This document shows, one piece after another, positions 24,752-38,120 of a stretch of DNA of 64,000 bases. Positions within the stretch are counted from its first letter, which is position 1. The number at the start of each line of letters is the position of its first letter. Both the position numbers and the translations under genes were made by a program. Location: positions 109,844 through 173,843 of the forward strand of contig NMRA01000736.1 of the NCBI GenBank assembly GCA_002633005.1, in the 5' to 3' direction. The stretch comes from Phoronis australis (lineage: Eukaryota; Animalia; Phoronida). The notes below the pieces were generated by a model. The model saw nothing but the letters and a program-made list of their open reading frames with translations. It searched no databases and was not told the origin of the DNA.

Positions 24752-27454
24752 AACGGGAGGTAGATCTTAGCGATACAAAACTGCATTATAGTATCCATGG
24801 AGCATAAGGTACACGTGTGTCTCAAAATTAGGAGAAAACATTCAAACATTTGGCAATTCAGTAGACTTTACTGTCGCGTTTTGTTAAATCCATCGGTGTA
24901 TCAAAAGTCAGTCAGGTGGAACCTGTCAACCTAGTAAGACAGTCAGATGGCATCGAAAATACAAGCAGGTACAAAAAATAAAAATGTGTTTTACTCAAAC
25001 ATGACTAACTAAGTATTTTATTATTTATTTATTTTCTTGTATATTATTGTTACATCTTCATGTAGTCATTAAATGTCACGTCGCGTATGGTCGTATGCGC
25101 AGCAAGTGTGCGTGCGCGTACAATTCAATGCGGCGTAATTTGCAAATCCGTGAATGATCACTTATTTAGCTTGTAGTATATTCATAGAAAGCACATTCTT
25201 CACTTCTGACAAAAAAGAATTGACACTGGTCAAACTTGTATTATAAATTACAAACCACGTCAATCCGAAAACGTTGGCATATTAGTGCAATATAAGTTAT
25301 GAAATACTAGTTTGAAATCTCAGATATTGCGGATTACAAGAAATTCAAGCTTTCGTTCTTAGACGTCCCATTTCAGCTGTATCATTAATACAAATCAAAT
25401 GTAATCGATACTCTTCCAGCCTACCAATCCATTTCCCTTCCCCGGCCATCACCAAGTGGACACAATAACGATCTAGAAGAAACTCAATGTCCTTTCTGTC
25501 TAACATTAAGAGGAAATACTGCTCTGTGTAGATAATTAGAAATTGTATGGATTAAATTTTGACTGACGCTTGCTTCAGATTAATAGTTCACTACTCAAAT
25601 TAACGTTAAGAAATCAATGAAACCCTGGGATAAGTTGCACTACAATTTCTTAAATCGGAGATTGAGCGGAAACGCCGTCACATTTCTAACTGTTTTCAGT
25701 TACAGTGTACATGTATAGCCTCCATAATGTTCAATTGGCATGAACGAACCTAATTTCCCGGGTTCCCAGAACTTACGCCATAATCATGTCGCGTTATGCC
25801 CGGATGTTACAACACCCATTCATAGACGCGGGTGTAACATGTGTCATTCATTGTCGAGTTTGAGTGTCAAAATGTTGTTGCTTTATGCGCAAGTGACTGT
25901 GACAACTTTAGCACAAATCAAATTGACATTAAGATGAGACTACAAGGACCCCTGTAACTGACACATTTTTACTTGTTTGTTAAATTCCACTGCAACATGA
26001 ATGTTTCTGATGAGTGTTGCCGCATACTCCCTGTGGTCGAATTTTTCATCGTGCATGTTTCATAATCATCCAATATAACTTCTAACTCTATTTTTCACGT
26101 TACTGCTCTGTTACATGAAATGACGTCAGTGTTCCTTTCACGTCTACTTGTTTCACAAAGATGAAAGTTTACAGTTCGGTTAGTTGTTTTTAAAAGTCAG
26201 AAGTCCTAGTTGTTTTTTAAACAAGTATTGCTTCAAGAAGTTTGCCCTTTCCAACAATAATCCTCAAAATGCATTTTTTGCCGTAAGACCGCTTTTGTCC
26301 ATTCAATATGGCCAGTATGTACGGTCAACATACTTCAGGCGTAAATTTGATATATTGTCGTTCCTGGTCCATAGTGCAGCGCATTGTGTTCTGCGCTTCG
26401 CATACCTATTGTCTTGGATCACGTCCCTTTATATTGGAAACCAAAAATAGCGAGAAAAAAATCTCTTCCGCGAATTTTCGGGTTGTTAACCGGTAAGCAG
26501 ATAACACCCCTGGTATTTCTTATCTGTCAGTTATAAACATAGTTCCTGACCGTGATGATTGCCTCGCTGTGAAATTACCAGGGGTTACGGAGCAATCCTC
26601 AGCAGAATTCCTCACATATCGTGATGTCGGATTTCTGTCAGAATATATGTTCAACGTCAAACTACCATCCAGCTTAGATTACAAATGCAGGAAAATTTGA
26701 GTCAAGTTTTCCTCAAACACTAAACTGAACTGTGTAGTTCGTCCTCAAACAAATCGACACATACATGTACATGTACATAGTTACATACAGATACATACAT
26801 ACACACACAGATCCCAAATTTGGTTAAATTCGGATTACCTTATCTCTGCAGACTCATCGGATTCATACCAAACTTTAACATACACTGCACTATGCTTTGT
26901 ACATTGTTCTCCAAACGTTCTATAAGAAATCGCCAAGTAATCCGCTCTCACAAGACGAGCTGCCAAAAACAAGACTGGTGAATTTTATGAAACGGTAGAA
27001 AGTTGCATAAAACGTGAACGAAACGATAATTTAAAAATTTCAACAGCGTTTTTGACATTTAGTCATTTATATGAAACAGCATTTATGTCATGTTTTGGTG
27101 TGTTTTGCACTGAAAAGACCTGAATTCTTTTCACTTTTAGATGATATTTTCTTTTGCTGAAGTAAATTGTTCTGTTTTGTAGGCGTTTGGCTGAATGTGC
27201 AGGTTTTTTGCTGTGTTGAGAAATTTAGATCTGCTTAAATATCAGTTTTTGAAGAGAACCGAGATTTTCATATAATTACGTTACAGACGGTCTTGTTTAA
27301 CAGCTCAGTAATTCAACGGTCATTTAATTAGAATTATTATAAAACATCGACACAGGGGCTATTTTCATTCTGTTTTTATTTTTAATTTCCCAGAAGTGTA
27401 CAAAGACAATCATCACCTCTTTGAAGAAACTTCGCTCAAAATCACGATAGAAAT

Positions 27455-27602
27455 CAGTGGCGGATTTAGGGAGGGACAAGGGGGCCATGGACCCCCTAAA
27501 ATTCTCCCATATTTCATTTGGCAGTTCGGGGGTGCGAATGTCGGACGGGGCAAAATTCTGGCTAATATTATGCCCTGCCTCCCAACTCCTGGATCCGCCC
27601 CT
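27455..27602 (+). mobile_element. Short hAT-like MITE (CAGTGGCGGAT...ATCCGCCCCT)
   Basis: Terminal inverted repeat present, TAGAAAT recurs at both ends, and homologous copies lie at 35429 and 50994. Confidence 0.75.
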
Positions 27603-30055
27603 AGAAATAGCTAAATTTCAAGCGCAAACGCACGAGTGCGCGAAAACCCACACGTGTCATAAACAAACTACATGTACACTCTGAGCACATGGTTTATGTG
27701 TCATGGTGTATACTATTTACTTGAGAATGGTTGTTTTGAACAAAATAACGAGCATCAAGAAATTACCTGCCAGCTACGCCGAGAGGAGGCGGCACAGACG
27801 AGGGAGAGCTCTGTTAAACGGTACCTTCTACTTGGTGAGAACAGCATACATGTATAGGTTACTTTGGTGATAAAATGTTCAATACAAAATTGTGTAAATG
27901 CTGTATTGGATATTTAAATGTCATACAACGTCAGCTACAAAAGCGTAAAAAACTTACCGCGATTTTAGCACTCCACCAAAACTCAGCCAGTCGTCACGAG
28001 TGTCCGTCGTCAACTGACGAGAGTACCGCACCAGTGACTGCTGAGGTTCCGGTCAAGATTGTGTTGCACTACTTTTCTCCGAATATAACTGTCATGGTAA
28101 TTGGGGTGATATTGTTGGCCTCGTACCGCTGCTGTTGCTGCGAATGGTGCAAATGGACCTTCCTATTGATTGCTATCATGCGTTGCGCGGACTTCGCCAG
28201 CTCGAATTCTGTTCAGCTATTGTTTAGATTAGTACATGTACATGTATGCTAGCCATTGAGTCGCTCCCGCGTGTGTGTGGAGACACACGTGTATGGAATG
28301 AAATCAGTTATCGGCCAAATGTGGTTGCCTTTATGAAAATTGAAACGGAACATGTAGACCTTCGTTTTGCCTAACACGTGGTTTAATTAGTTTTGTTGCA
28401 GTTGCTTGCTCTGTGTCTCCATAGCAACAGGATCTTTCAATGTCCCGTTGCGGAGTTCCAGAATCACAGCGCAATTTCCATCCAAACATTTTATACAAAT
28501 GATAACTCGTCGACAATCCTTTGTTTAAGAGAAAGCAGGTGCTTGTAAGGAATTAGCAAGGTGGTTTTTAAGCTCAAACCATGATCAATGTCTCCAGGCA
28601 ATATCGATAAACCAATTCCACAAATGATTTATTTCAATAAATTTTGCTATACTTTCCCTGTGTCACGATAAATGACAACTAGACCTACTGGGGTTAGCCG
28701 GCTGTTTCCTTAAAGCCTCAACGCAACGCCACCTTAAAAACAATTGCTTTGGTTCGTGTTTTGAAGTGGAGAACCCTTTATAAAATTATTTCAAATTCCT
28801 CACATGCCATACGCTCACATCAGGTGACATGATTAAACCTCAATAGAGCTCTGCCGCGACCGTGTAGAGCCTCTAGTCCACTGAGCACATTAGGTATTTA
28901 GAAAATATTGTTTTTGAAAGTGCGAGTTAGCATTCTTTGTTACACTCGATGACAAAACCATAACAGAACGAAGTTCACTGCGTATGAAAATATTCGCAGC
29001 CGCAAACTTAGGTTACAGACCACCCGACGTCCACATGACCACGGATTTGGACCTGTATACTCAGCTCGTTTACTTACTAGGCCCGGCCCAGTACACATAA
29101 AACAGGACTAACTGACAACGGTGCCTTAGAACCACGTGCAAATTCAGCAAAGAATGATACCCCGTTTACACTATAGAAACATTAAATTGGTTAAGCCCGG
29201 TTTTAGGTTCAAGACAATTTGCGGAGCGTGTGTAAACGCCGCCGATTTAGTTGTAATCGAATATGCCTTAGTAGGAGGTTTCGAGCGGAATTAATTCTTA
29301 GCCGATACATGTATCTACAGTGTACTTCGCAAGTGTGAACGGACGGAGGAAGTGGCGTATGCATATACTTGCGCATGTGCAGATATTGGTTCCCGTGTAT
29401 ACTTTCGTCCACGATTTCCTGTGTCGGCGGTATACGTTTGACATTTCTCTACACACTATTGTCGCAAAACAATGTAATCGAACCGACAATTGTCATCGTG
29501 GGATTCCCGGGAGAACAAAAAATAACGAAAAATATAAATAGTGGCTGAAACTGAAAACAATCCATTTTATCAAGGAAGATCTTGACAAGGAAAAGGAGAG
29601 GTGCGCTATCAAAGGAGCTATCCAGCAGACGGTGCAGAGTCTAACCCGACTCGGCATTGGTACTGCGGTAAACAGGAAGACGAATAGATTTGAACCGGCC
29701 GAGATGGTAAGCCGCCCGGTATGTAACGAGTACGCGGGGACGTAACGACTTGAGCCGCGATGGGTTAGATTGACTTACATGTATATACCGTCTCATATCA
29801 AACCGGAGCTAACATATCGACCTCTCACGGTGATAGTGAAAACAGGATACACTGTAGGAGTGAACCCAGGCGTGTTTTTTGGTACCACTGAGAGGAGAGT
29901 TTGTAGCTCAGGAACCGTGCTTTTTAGACGAGTAGGTAGCATTTACAGTTTCGTGATGTGCCTCTATCACAGATGAGAGCGGAGCTACAACCATGCGTGC
30001 ATGAGGCGTGGTGTTTGCGGACAAAAGTATCGTTTGCCAAATGGGTGAACGTTTA

Positions 30056-30601
30056 TCGTAGGCCAAGTGCGACATAAGTCAGTAATAATTTTTAGATAAC
30101 CAGAAGCCAAGAATAATTAATGTAATTAATATTTATTGTTGTAATTAGCATTTATTACAGTAATAAATATTTATTACTGGAATAAATCAACCAATCAGAT
30201 CCCAGGAATAATCACTGAAATATATATCTATTACTGAAATTAATATTTATATATTTATTCCAGTAATAAATATTTATTACAGTAATTATTCCTGGCTTCT
30301 GATTGTCTAAAGAATTATTACTGGAATAAATCGGGAAATCATTACACTAATAAATCGGACTTAGGCCGCACTTGGGTTATAGTAGGCCAAGTGCAACATA
30401 AGTCCGACGTATTTATTACAGTAATTATTCCTGGCATCCATTGCTTGATTTATTTCAGTAATAAATATTAATTACAGTAATAAACATTAATTACAATATT
30501 TATTCCTGGCTTCTGGTTGTCTAAAGAATTATTAATGGAATAAATTACGAATTACATGTATTTGTGTAATTAATAAGACTTATGGCGAACTTGGACTACG
30601 A
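30056..30601. mobile_element. Foldback MITE dimer with TA flanks (Tc1/mariner-like)
   Basis: TA|TCGTAGGCCAAGTGCGACATAAGTC ... GACTTATGGCGAACTTGGACTACGA|TA, with a back-to-back TIR junction at about 30355-30415. The interior is built from TAAATATTTATTAC-type repeats. Confidence 0.8.
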
Positions 30602-30624
30602 TAAAAGCTGCGCACCTAAATTAC

Positions 30625-30759
30625 GTGCGTAAGTTAATTTTTTGTTAGAGACGTAAAGTAAATTACTTTACGCCGCAAATAATTACTTGAAGCCGTTAAA
30701 AGTTACCTTTACGCAGGAAATAATTATTTTACACCTCTAACAAGAATTAACCTATGCAC
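30625..30759. mobile_element. Small palindromic MITE
   Basis: GTGCGTAAGTTAATTTTTTGTTAGAG and CTCTAACAAGAATTAACCTATGCAC are imperfect inverted ends. Confidence 0.6.
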
Positions 30760-30770
30760 ATGATAAAAGT

Positions 30771-31152
30771 GCTGTTTACACTACAAAAGTTGACACTGAT
30801 CAGCTGACACGGAACGAGATGTGCCAGTGTGTAAACGGTACTGACACGGAGCAAATTGACACCGCTCAATTTATGCTCGAACATCTTGTTCCGTGTCAAT
30901 TATATGTCTAAACGCGAAACTGGGGCAAGGCGGAAAGGATCATCTCTACTGCGCTTGCGCAATGACATACATACGGGTTCTTTGTCTCTGCAACTCCAGC
31001 TATTTGAAAATTTGCCCGTGTGCATTCCACTCTCCAACGTACAATTTCCGTCTTGCCACAGTTACTGAAATTGCGTGTGTAAACGGCCACTTGCCACCGA
31101 TCAAGTTGCTCCGTGTCAGTTGTGCTGGATCAAAAGTTGATGTCTAAACGGA
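30771..31152. mobile_element. PIF/Harbinger-like MITE
   Basis: GTTTACAC/GTGTAAACGG terminal and subterminal motifs with inverted CTGACACGGAGCAA / TTGCTCCGTGTCAG blocks. A related half-element starts at about 29161. Confidence 0.6.
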
Positions 31153-34100
31153 ACTTTAGAAACGTTCAGCCATTTGGCTAACGAACGAAGCATAAATAAG
31201 TTGAGTTTGTATTCGCGACTTCGGCTTCATCTACTCTGGGCCTTCGCGGCAATTCACGGGAGTGCAGAGTATAACCGTGGTTACCCACATAGTCGCAGCA
31301 AGTAGCAGTCGAGAACAGAAAGGCACAGCGAAATATGTAGAAGAGAGAATTTTTTCTGCGAAAACATATACCAACGACCATGCGGTGTTACATTTATCCT
31401 TTGGACAGTGGCCAATATATCTGTGTTTGGGTTATAGGCAATTTTAGCAGTTTAGATCACCGAAATGCCCTTGGAAACATGCTCTTGGTCACACATACAA
31501 AGCAAAAGTACGAAAAAAAAAACCCAATCGTACGTATTTCATGTTTGCAAGTTGAAGAAGGAGCTGCACTTGGTTCTCCGTGGACGTCTTCCTGAACTGG
31601 AAAATGGAACGATCCATCGCTCTCTTTCACTGTTTTATGAGAATCTGTATATCACTTGACATTGAACTGAGAACCTAATGCATCTGTAGCCACTCTTCCG
31701 TGTTTTCCTATCTGTATCCTTTCAACTTAAGGGGCTGCTCACAGAGGAGTGTCTCAGCGCTGTAATCAGTTGCCTCTATAAGTGTTTCCCTGTTTTCGTG
31801 AAACTGTACAGGTACTGAACATTTTATGGAAGTTGACCAGACGATGTGTACATGTAACCCTTATTCAGTTTTCAATGATACAACCTTTCAAAGTCTCAAG
31901 GGTCTCCCATTCCTGCTAATTCCTCTCTTGGAGGGCGGCCCTTCGAAATGGTCCCTTTGCCCTCCTATAAATTCGACACTGTCAACAAATAATGTTACGT
32001 AAGACACTAGAAAATGTCCAATTTGGCTTAATTTGGAACATGATATGCCTGATGCGATTCATATTAAACTTATTATGGAATTTAAAACCTTCATTTTTGC
32101 ATGAGAGGCCCCACGGTCGCCTATTGTGCCAAGTCGCCGTGCCGCCATGAGATTCTCGAAAAATAACTCGATTCAAGTCGACCTTTTTGTTCTCATTAAA
32201 TAGTCCAGCGCGTCTTGATTTAGTCCAACTCTTTATAGTTCACCAATACTGTGTGCAGGTGTTTGTGTTTGTTTTTAGAAAGTGGGAATTGCAAGTACAG
32301 TGAATGCAGAAAGTTAGACAAAATGGGAAACGAAATTATGTCCGGCTACAAACAACTTCAACACATCACCTTGAAGCAAATCCTTCGATGCGGAAAGGTT
32401 TTCAGCGTACAATGTACATATACAATGTACATGTAGACCGTTTGGAAGTGACCGTTGCAGGTTAGTGTACATGTGTTTTTCTTGAGTATTTCTCAAGTAG
32501 CTATTGTCTGGCAAAGATTTGGAGCCATATTGGTGGCTTTCTTACGTGCAAGCTGACAATGCCATCATCAGCAGAATGATCCCACTTGGCGCTCCGCGTG
32601 ACGATTAGAACTTGGTGAGAGACCTGTTGGCCATTGTGGGAAACTTCATGGTGCTGAGTGAATGGTCACAGTCTCAAACTAGTAGCTCTATCTATCGCCA
32701 GGTCACGAAACCAATCTACTTCAGTAGTATTGCAGTGGGCGAATCCAATGACGAGCCTGCAAGGTCCAGGTTAGTTGAATGCATTCTTACGCAGCAACAA
32801 TTGTGCAGTTCTTTGCGTTTCTAATCTCAGATAGGTAGGTCTACAAGTTGAGATTAATTACATGGCGTACATGTATGTTGTCTTAGTATTGAGATTTTTC
32901 ATTAATTGCCGCATGGCAGTAGCTCAAGTAGAGATTTTTTCAGTCCGTCTCCATTTTCCTCCTGATACTGCTTAATGAAAATAATTTTGTAATATGCACA
33001 ATGTCGTTTTGTAGCAGAGAGTCTGGATCCTCAATTCTTTTTAAGAGACATTGGAACGCGAAAGGTCGTCAAAAATATATTTTAAACAATGCCTGACGAA
33101 AGCACCCTCTCGCAACGTCCAGTACACAGTAATCGATATTCACATGTAAGGAAATTTTCAGAGAAAATAAAAAATACGATTTTGAAATACGTGCGACGGA
33201 AAAACTCTGTGGTTACCAGAGTTTCTAATCTCCCTCCCATTTATGATAAATGCGCGCATGGTGTTGTTGCTGTTCTAAAAAGGTTTCAAAAAATCTATTT
33301 CAAAATAGATTTAAAAGTGTTAACGACTATTCTCCTTGCATGCCCTTAGCGATTACTAACTTACAGAAAGATTTGAAGGGTTGTAGACATATTTGTTCAG
33401 TCTTTAACGACGTTAAGAAAACCAGTCAGAGTAAATGAGAAATAGAGTAAGGAGATAGTTTAGATTGAAATCCCCAAGGATCCCAACATTAGATGGTTCC
33501 TATTTAGAATACTACACAGGATTATTTCAACAATTAGTTTTTAGTCAAAATCCTTGTCTGGGATTCTTATTTATATTCCTTTATGTAATAAAGCTCCAGA
33601 AACGCTGTTACACTTTTTTGGGAATGTCGTCTTGTAAAAGATGTTTGGAAGGAATTCAGAAAACTACTTCAATGGTGTCTCATTCAGCTTCCCAAGTGTC
33701 TACCTTAGGAACGTGTCATTCTTGAATAATGGGCTTTATGAGACATATGATTTTCTATTTAACATTTTGCTTTTATTAGCCAAATAGTATATTCACAAGG
33801 AGAGATGTCACAAAAATATACCTAATTTTCATAAGTTTATAACATATAATCATGAGTACTGTAATGCTGAAAAATTAATTGCATATAAATTTTTGTATAT
33901 GACAGCTTCTCCACGAAATGGGAAAATGTTATTGTTGGCGTTAACTCCATGTAGAAGTTACTTACTTTATACGAGATACGAGAATGGTCTTTCCTGAGGT
34001 GAGCATGCGCGAATGAATGGGTGTACTTATTTGTTAGTTTGTTTGCATTTGTACTTGTTTATCGATGATAATAAATAATAAAATAAACAAAAAATAGATT

Positions 34101-34512
34101 TCGACTGTTATACCAATCTGTCGTTGATTGGATCACGCGACTATGTCTTTTTAAATTTAGCAAAAAGGAGGATTCATTGATAGAAAAACAATGGTTTCAA
34201 CTGCATGGCCAACTTTTAATTAATAAGAATGTCCAAGGTGAAATATCAAAAACGCTGCTACCGTTTAAATCATCAATTTTGTTTCCCTTTTATGCAGTTT
34301 TTGAATGTTTTCATGAAAATCGTAAAAGTTCTTTTTGATATCCCTTCTTGCTAAAGTGGAGCATTTTACAGACAACGCCTTGCGGTGTTTTAGGGAACAA
34401 TGTATCAAGTATATTATCTTAAAGTTTTATTGGGATTCGAGATATTAAGTTCGGAAGTTAACCAAATGCGGACATGTTTAGTGTCCGATTTGACCTTGGG
34501 TTCGTTGTATTC

Positions 34513-34712
34513 AAGTCAGTCGGTGAAACAAAACCTTGCGATTGCTGTTTAATCAATTAAGCAACTGTCCGATAGTGAACACAGACCATAGAACGCATAT
34601 TTAATACAGTATATTTAAGTCAGTCGGTGAAATAAATCTTTGTGATTGCAGTTTAATCCATTAAGAAACTGTACGACCGTGAACACAGGCAATAGAACGC
34701 ACAGATTCAACA
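34513..34712. repeat. Tandem duplication of an approximately 104-bp unit
   Basis: Two copies of AAGTCAGTCGGTGAAA...GATTGC.GTTTAATC.ATTAAG.AACTGT..GA..GTGAACACAG...ATAGAACGCA. Confidence 0.8.
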
Positions 34713-35428
34713 TCGATGTATTGATTCCTGCTTTTCAACACAAGTCTTTTCATTGTTGAGGAGCTACATGTACCTAAATTGATAAAAGAGAGCGCGCTGT
34801 GATACAATAACTAATTGTGCTATCAAGTCTTCTAAGAAGATGTCGTTCTTTGAACAAACGAGTCGTGGAAGATCAAGAAGCAATATATTGATTTCAAATG
34901 TAGGCGTTTTATTGTTGTCTACGTCTGAGATCGGGGCAGTGTATTTATAGATGAATATCCGATAAAAGGGTTTTATTTTGCCCCCTCCAACGCAGCGAAG
35001 ATAAATTTACGATTAACTCTAGTTCACAGCAATGCATCTTAAAAAATACGGTCTACCATGTAGGAAAAATGTGCCAGGAATTCAAATACGTACAAATAGT
35101 TGTTGGTTTCGTGTCAGCTAAAGAAGAACGGTTTATAAATATTTCACCTTAGATCAATATAACCTGTGTTTTTAATAATTCTAACAAAGAGACCCTCGTC
35201 AACGTTTGACTCCGTTGCCTAGGAAGGCTTTTAACCTTCTTATGCCACAGTCAATTAATAACACGCATTCAACCGACAAAACCAATGTTATCCAATGCGC
35301 AAGATCCACCCAAAAATAGGACTCTAGTCCAGTTTAAGAAGCGAAAGTCTCAAATCCAACTCTGCTGTGTTTACTATCAGGCATGTGGCAGCAGATTTAG
35401 GAAGTTCTAACAGATGTCTAACCAATAA

Positions 35429-35573
35429 CAGTGGCGGATTTAAAGGGAGGAACCATAGCCCCCTAAAATTATCCCATATTCCATTTGGCACTTCGGGGGT
35501 ACGAATGTCTAACGGGCAAAATCCTGGCTAATACTGTGCCCTGCCCCCCNTCAAAATTCTGGATTCGCCCCTG
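35429..35573 (+). mobile_element. Short hAT-like MITE, same family as 27455
   Basis: CAGTGGCGGATTTA...CCCCTAAAATT.TCCCATATT.CATTTGGCA.TTCGGGG...GGATTCGCCCCTG. Confidence 0.8.
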
Positions 35574-36124
35574 ACTAACACTAACGCTACACCTAATTCT
35601 AAATACGGTACTTTTTGCACCCTTCTGATAATTGAGCTCTTTGTACTAAATGAAAATCATGTTCTGTAATACCAGGCAGCTCTGTAATGCAGCACAAGCA
35701 ATGTTTCACCGAATGGTCACGCACTGAGGGAGGGGGGTTCATTTTAGTGATCAATGAACAATTAAAGGTAATGTAGGACCTTATCGACAAAACTATACAT
35801 GCACATTCAGCCAAAAATCTACAAAATTATAGAATTTTACTCGGGAAAAGTACATGTTTTACATGTTTTATTAAAGTAGAGATTATGTAAATGTAAAATT
35901 TGAATTTTGACTTTATACCAATTTGCCACTAAGTCAGGTGACCTTGCTTTTTAATAAAATTTGACAAAAAACAAGGCTTCGTCCATAGCAATACAAGAAG
36001 ACTATTAACACAGCAAAATTCTGTATGATATTCACGTAAATGTTAAAGATAAATCTAAAACTCTGTTACGGTTTTCTTTTCTAAGTTCTCATTTCGTTTT
36101 CGTTTTACGCAACTTTAAAAAACA

Positions 36125-36130
36125 TTTATT
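36125..36130 (-). promoter_or_regulatory. Candidate polyadenylation signal (AATAAA) of the FucT gene
   Basis: AATAAA on the minus strand about 440 nt after the stop codon. Another lies near 35866, and the motif is common in AT-rich DNA. Confidence 0.3.
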
Positions 36131-36569
36131 AATAAGCAACATTTTAGATAGCCCTTTATACAAAAGTAGAATATTTTAAAACAATCGCTAGTTGCTTTTG
36201 GAATCAATGTATCAAGCCGTTTCTGGACGTTTTACGTGAATCCGATCAGCCATTGCTAAGATGTTCTGAAGTGGGACAAAATTGGATCATAATTTTCTAA
36301 GCTCCTGCATAACCATAAGCCCCACAGGACGAGTGAAATGAAAGCTAATTCTATCAAAAGGTACACTTTCAACGGTAATAAATCAGTTGTACCAATTTGA
36401 AAATTTGAATTATAATACTGTGAACCAACTGAGCTGTTCTAACTATAAACCCATATATAACTAAGTCAATTACCCCCAACGTATTCGTACAATTTGTTGG
36501 CGAGTTATGATTTGCACGTATTTGGAAGAACATAAACATACAAATAATCCCCGGTACAATCTTTTGTTT

Positions 36570-36909
36570 TCAGTTGTATCTGGATTCGTTCCACCACTTT
36601 CCTTTAGCGCAAATGTTAGCACCCTTCCACCAGGCGTACGAGTTGTCTAAACTCTCGACATGCTTTTCTGCGTCTGCCGCATGGGCCATTGCACAGACCC
36701 GGCACAGAAACTTCGTATTTATGAATTCTCCCGTCCCCTTCCATTCGAAGTACGAGTTGTACTCGTCGTCATTTTTGTCCAGATAATTCAGGTAGCCTGC
36801 CAGCTCTTCTACAGTGTTGAAGTCTTCAACATGAATGACCGAGTGGTAAGGTGCAGCTTGCTTGTAATCGGAAGGACGGGCTCCCATGACAACGGGAATG
36901 ACGTCATTT
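36570..36909 (-). CDS. FucTA: Alpha-1,3-fucosyltransferase, terminal coding exon 2
   Basis: Acceptor TTCCTTACAG|A (AG at 36911-36910) joins exon 1 in phase to give NAFL-NDVIPVVMGARPSDY...SVIHVEDF...LAGYLNYLDKNDDEYNSYFEWK, the typical GT10 C-terminus, ending in TGA. Spliced CDS is 1064+340=1404 nt (467 aa); the intron is 2057 bp. Confidence 0.93.
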
Positions 36910-37038
36910 CTGTAAGGAATAACATTGTGCTTCAGTTGCATTTACAAGGTAAACACGAACAATTTTGACGAATGTAAGTTCTGAGTACTGTACAAATTGA
37001 TCAAAATAGAAAGTCAAAAGCTTGAACAATTATTCTTT

Positions 37039-37057
37039 TGAGAGAGAGAGAGAGAGA
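37039..37057. repeat. (GA)n microsatellite in the FucT intron
   Basis: Directly visible. Confidence 0.9.
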
Positions 37058-37139
37058 TACCTTGCTTCCAGTGCTGGGCCTTGCCCGGCTAATTACAGAA
37101 ACATTTGTCTACAAGAGAAAGTAACCGAATTTTAAGGGT

Positions 37140-37330
37140 AGGCGTTGTGTTCCTTCCATACGCGAAAGCAAATGAAAGCCAGTTCCATGTTGGAATTCTG
37201 AGTTCTTTAAACATGAGTGAAGGGTGGAGTGTTAGTCGAGTGATTGTTCTCACAAGTAAAATTTCTCGGTTTAAGAAGGCAGTATTCCCCAAACATGTGC
37301 CGCGGGTAACGATATATATTTTTGTACTCC
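37140..37330 (-). mobile_element. Possible LINE ORF2 C-terminal remnant in the FucT intron
   Basis: ILLVRTITRLTLHPSLMFKELRI weakly resembles the RIIT...HT.PLFKELKIL motif of L2/CR1-group elements. Confidence 0.3.
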
Positions 37331-37757
37331 TATGGCTTCCATTAATTGCTCTGCTCGTGGTCAATTCTAATTGCAGTCCCACGCCATCTCTGGGCAACTT
37401 AAAATTCACTAGGTGGCACATGCGCGCGAAAACGATCCTTGAAATGATTGCATTTAGATAGTCATGTGGAACCTTGAGTCCAATGACGCACCCTTGCTGT
37501 TGATCTGCTTTATGTTCTCAATCTATTCAGGTAAAAAGAGGACCGTTCAGTCATTATTTCCACGTGGTGAATACAAAGTTCCCATTCTATCCTGATGGTT
37601 ACCAATGAACTTTTTAAGTCGCACCTCCCCGTTCGGTGGCCACTAAGTTCATTGCAGGCCGCTCGTTTGTTCACATTCAAGTGATGAAACCACCTTTGAT
37701 GAATCAGATTCATTTAACTGGATACATAATAATTGGAGTAAAGTTCTTAGTACACAT

Positions 37758-38120
37758 TCAACGATTTACGTACTAGTAAATGTTCGGCCTTCACTCTGAG
37801 GCCTTTCTCAACCTAATGATTACTTGAGAGGCTGGGACTTGTGACGTGATACAGGAGCCTTGCTTTTTAATGTCACAAGCTTTCTTCATTAATAAACAAG
37901 GCTCCTCCATGAATAAAGACATTAGAAAATGCGTTCAATCAAACATATGCATGTACATATACAACCCAGTGATAAGCTTGAAGCAGACTAACGTCCAGAG
38001 ACGTCCGTCATACGTCCCCACGCAGGATGACGTCACATTTCCCAGGTGCTCGCATCATCATTAGTTTGAGAAAGGCCTCAGAGTGAAGGCCGAACGTTTA
38101 CTAGGTACGTAAATCGTTGA
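37758..38120 (+). mobile_element. Intronic Penelope-like remnant with inverted pseudo-LTRs
   Basis: An approximately 63-bp inverted repeat (37758-37820 versus 38057-38120) encloses AFFINKQGSSMNKD...IYNPVI, which resembles the C-terminal motif of PLE GIY-YIG domains. Confidence 0.65.

Noticed and set aside
26005-26045. CTGATGA followed by a hairpin, a possible hammerhead
   Set aside because: No GAAA after stem II and no stems I or III. The same applies to CTGATGA at about 38822 and 48621.
28800-28890. tRNA-like A/B-box sequence on the minus strand (similar weak cases at about 49035 and 59670)
   Set aside because: No cloverleaf can be folded. At most these are decayed SINE heads.
29520-29900. 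Possible LTR with TGG primer-binding site near 29880
   Set aside because: No second LTR, no clear TG...CA ends and no gag/pol sequence.
36910-36941. ORF-track N-terminus MQLKHNVIPYR of the 123-aa ORF
   Set aside because: It is intronic; the splice acceptor is at 36911-36910.
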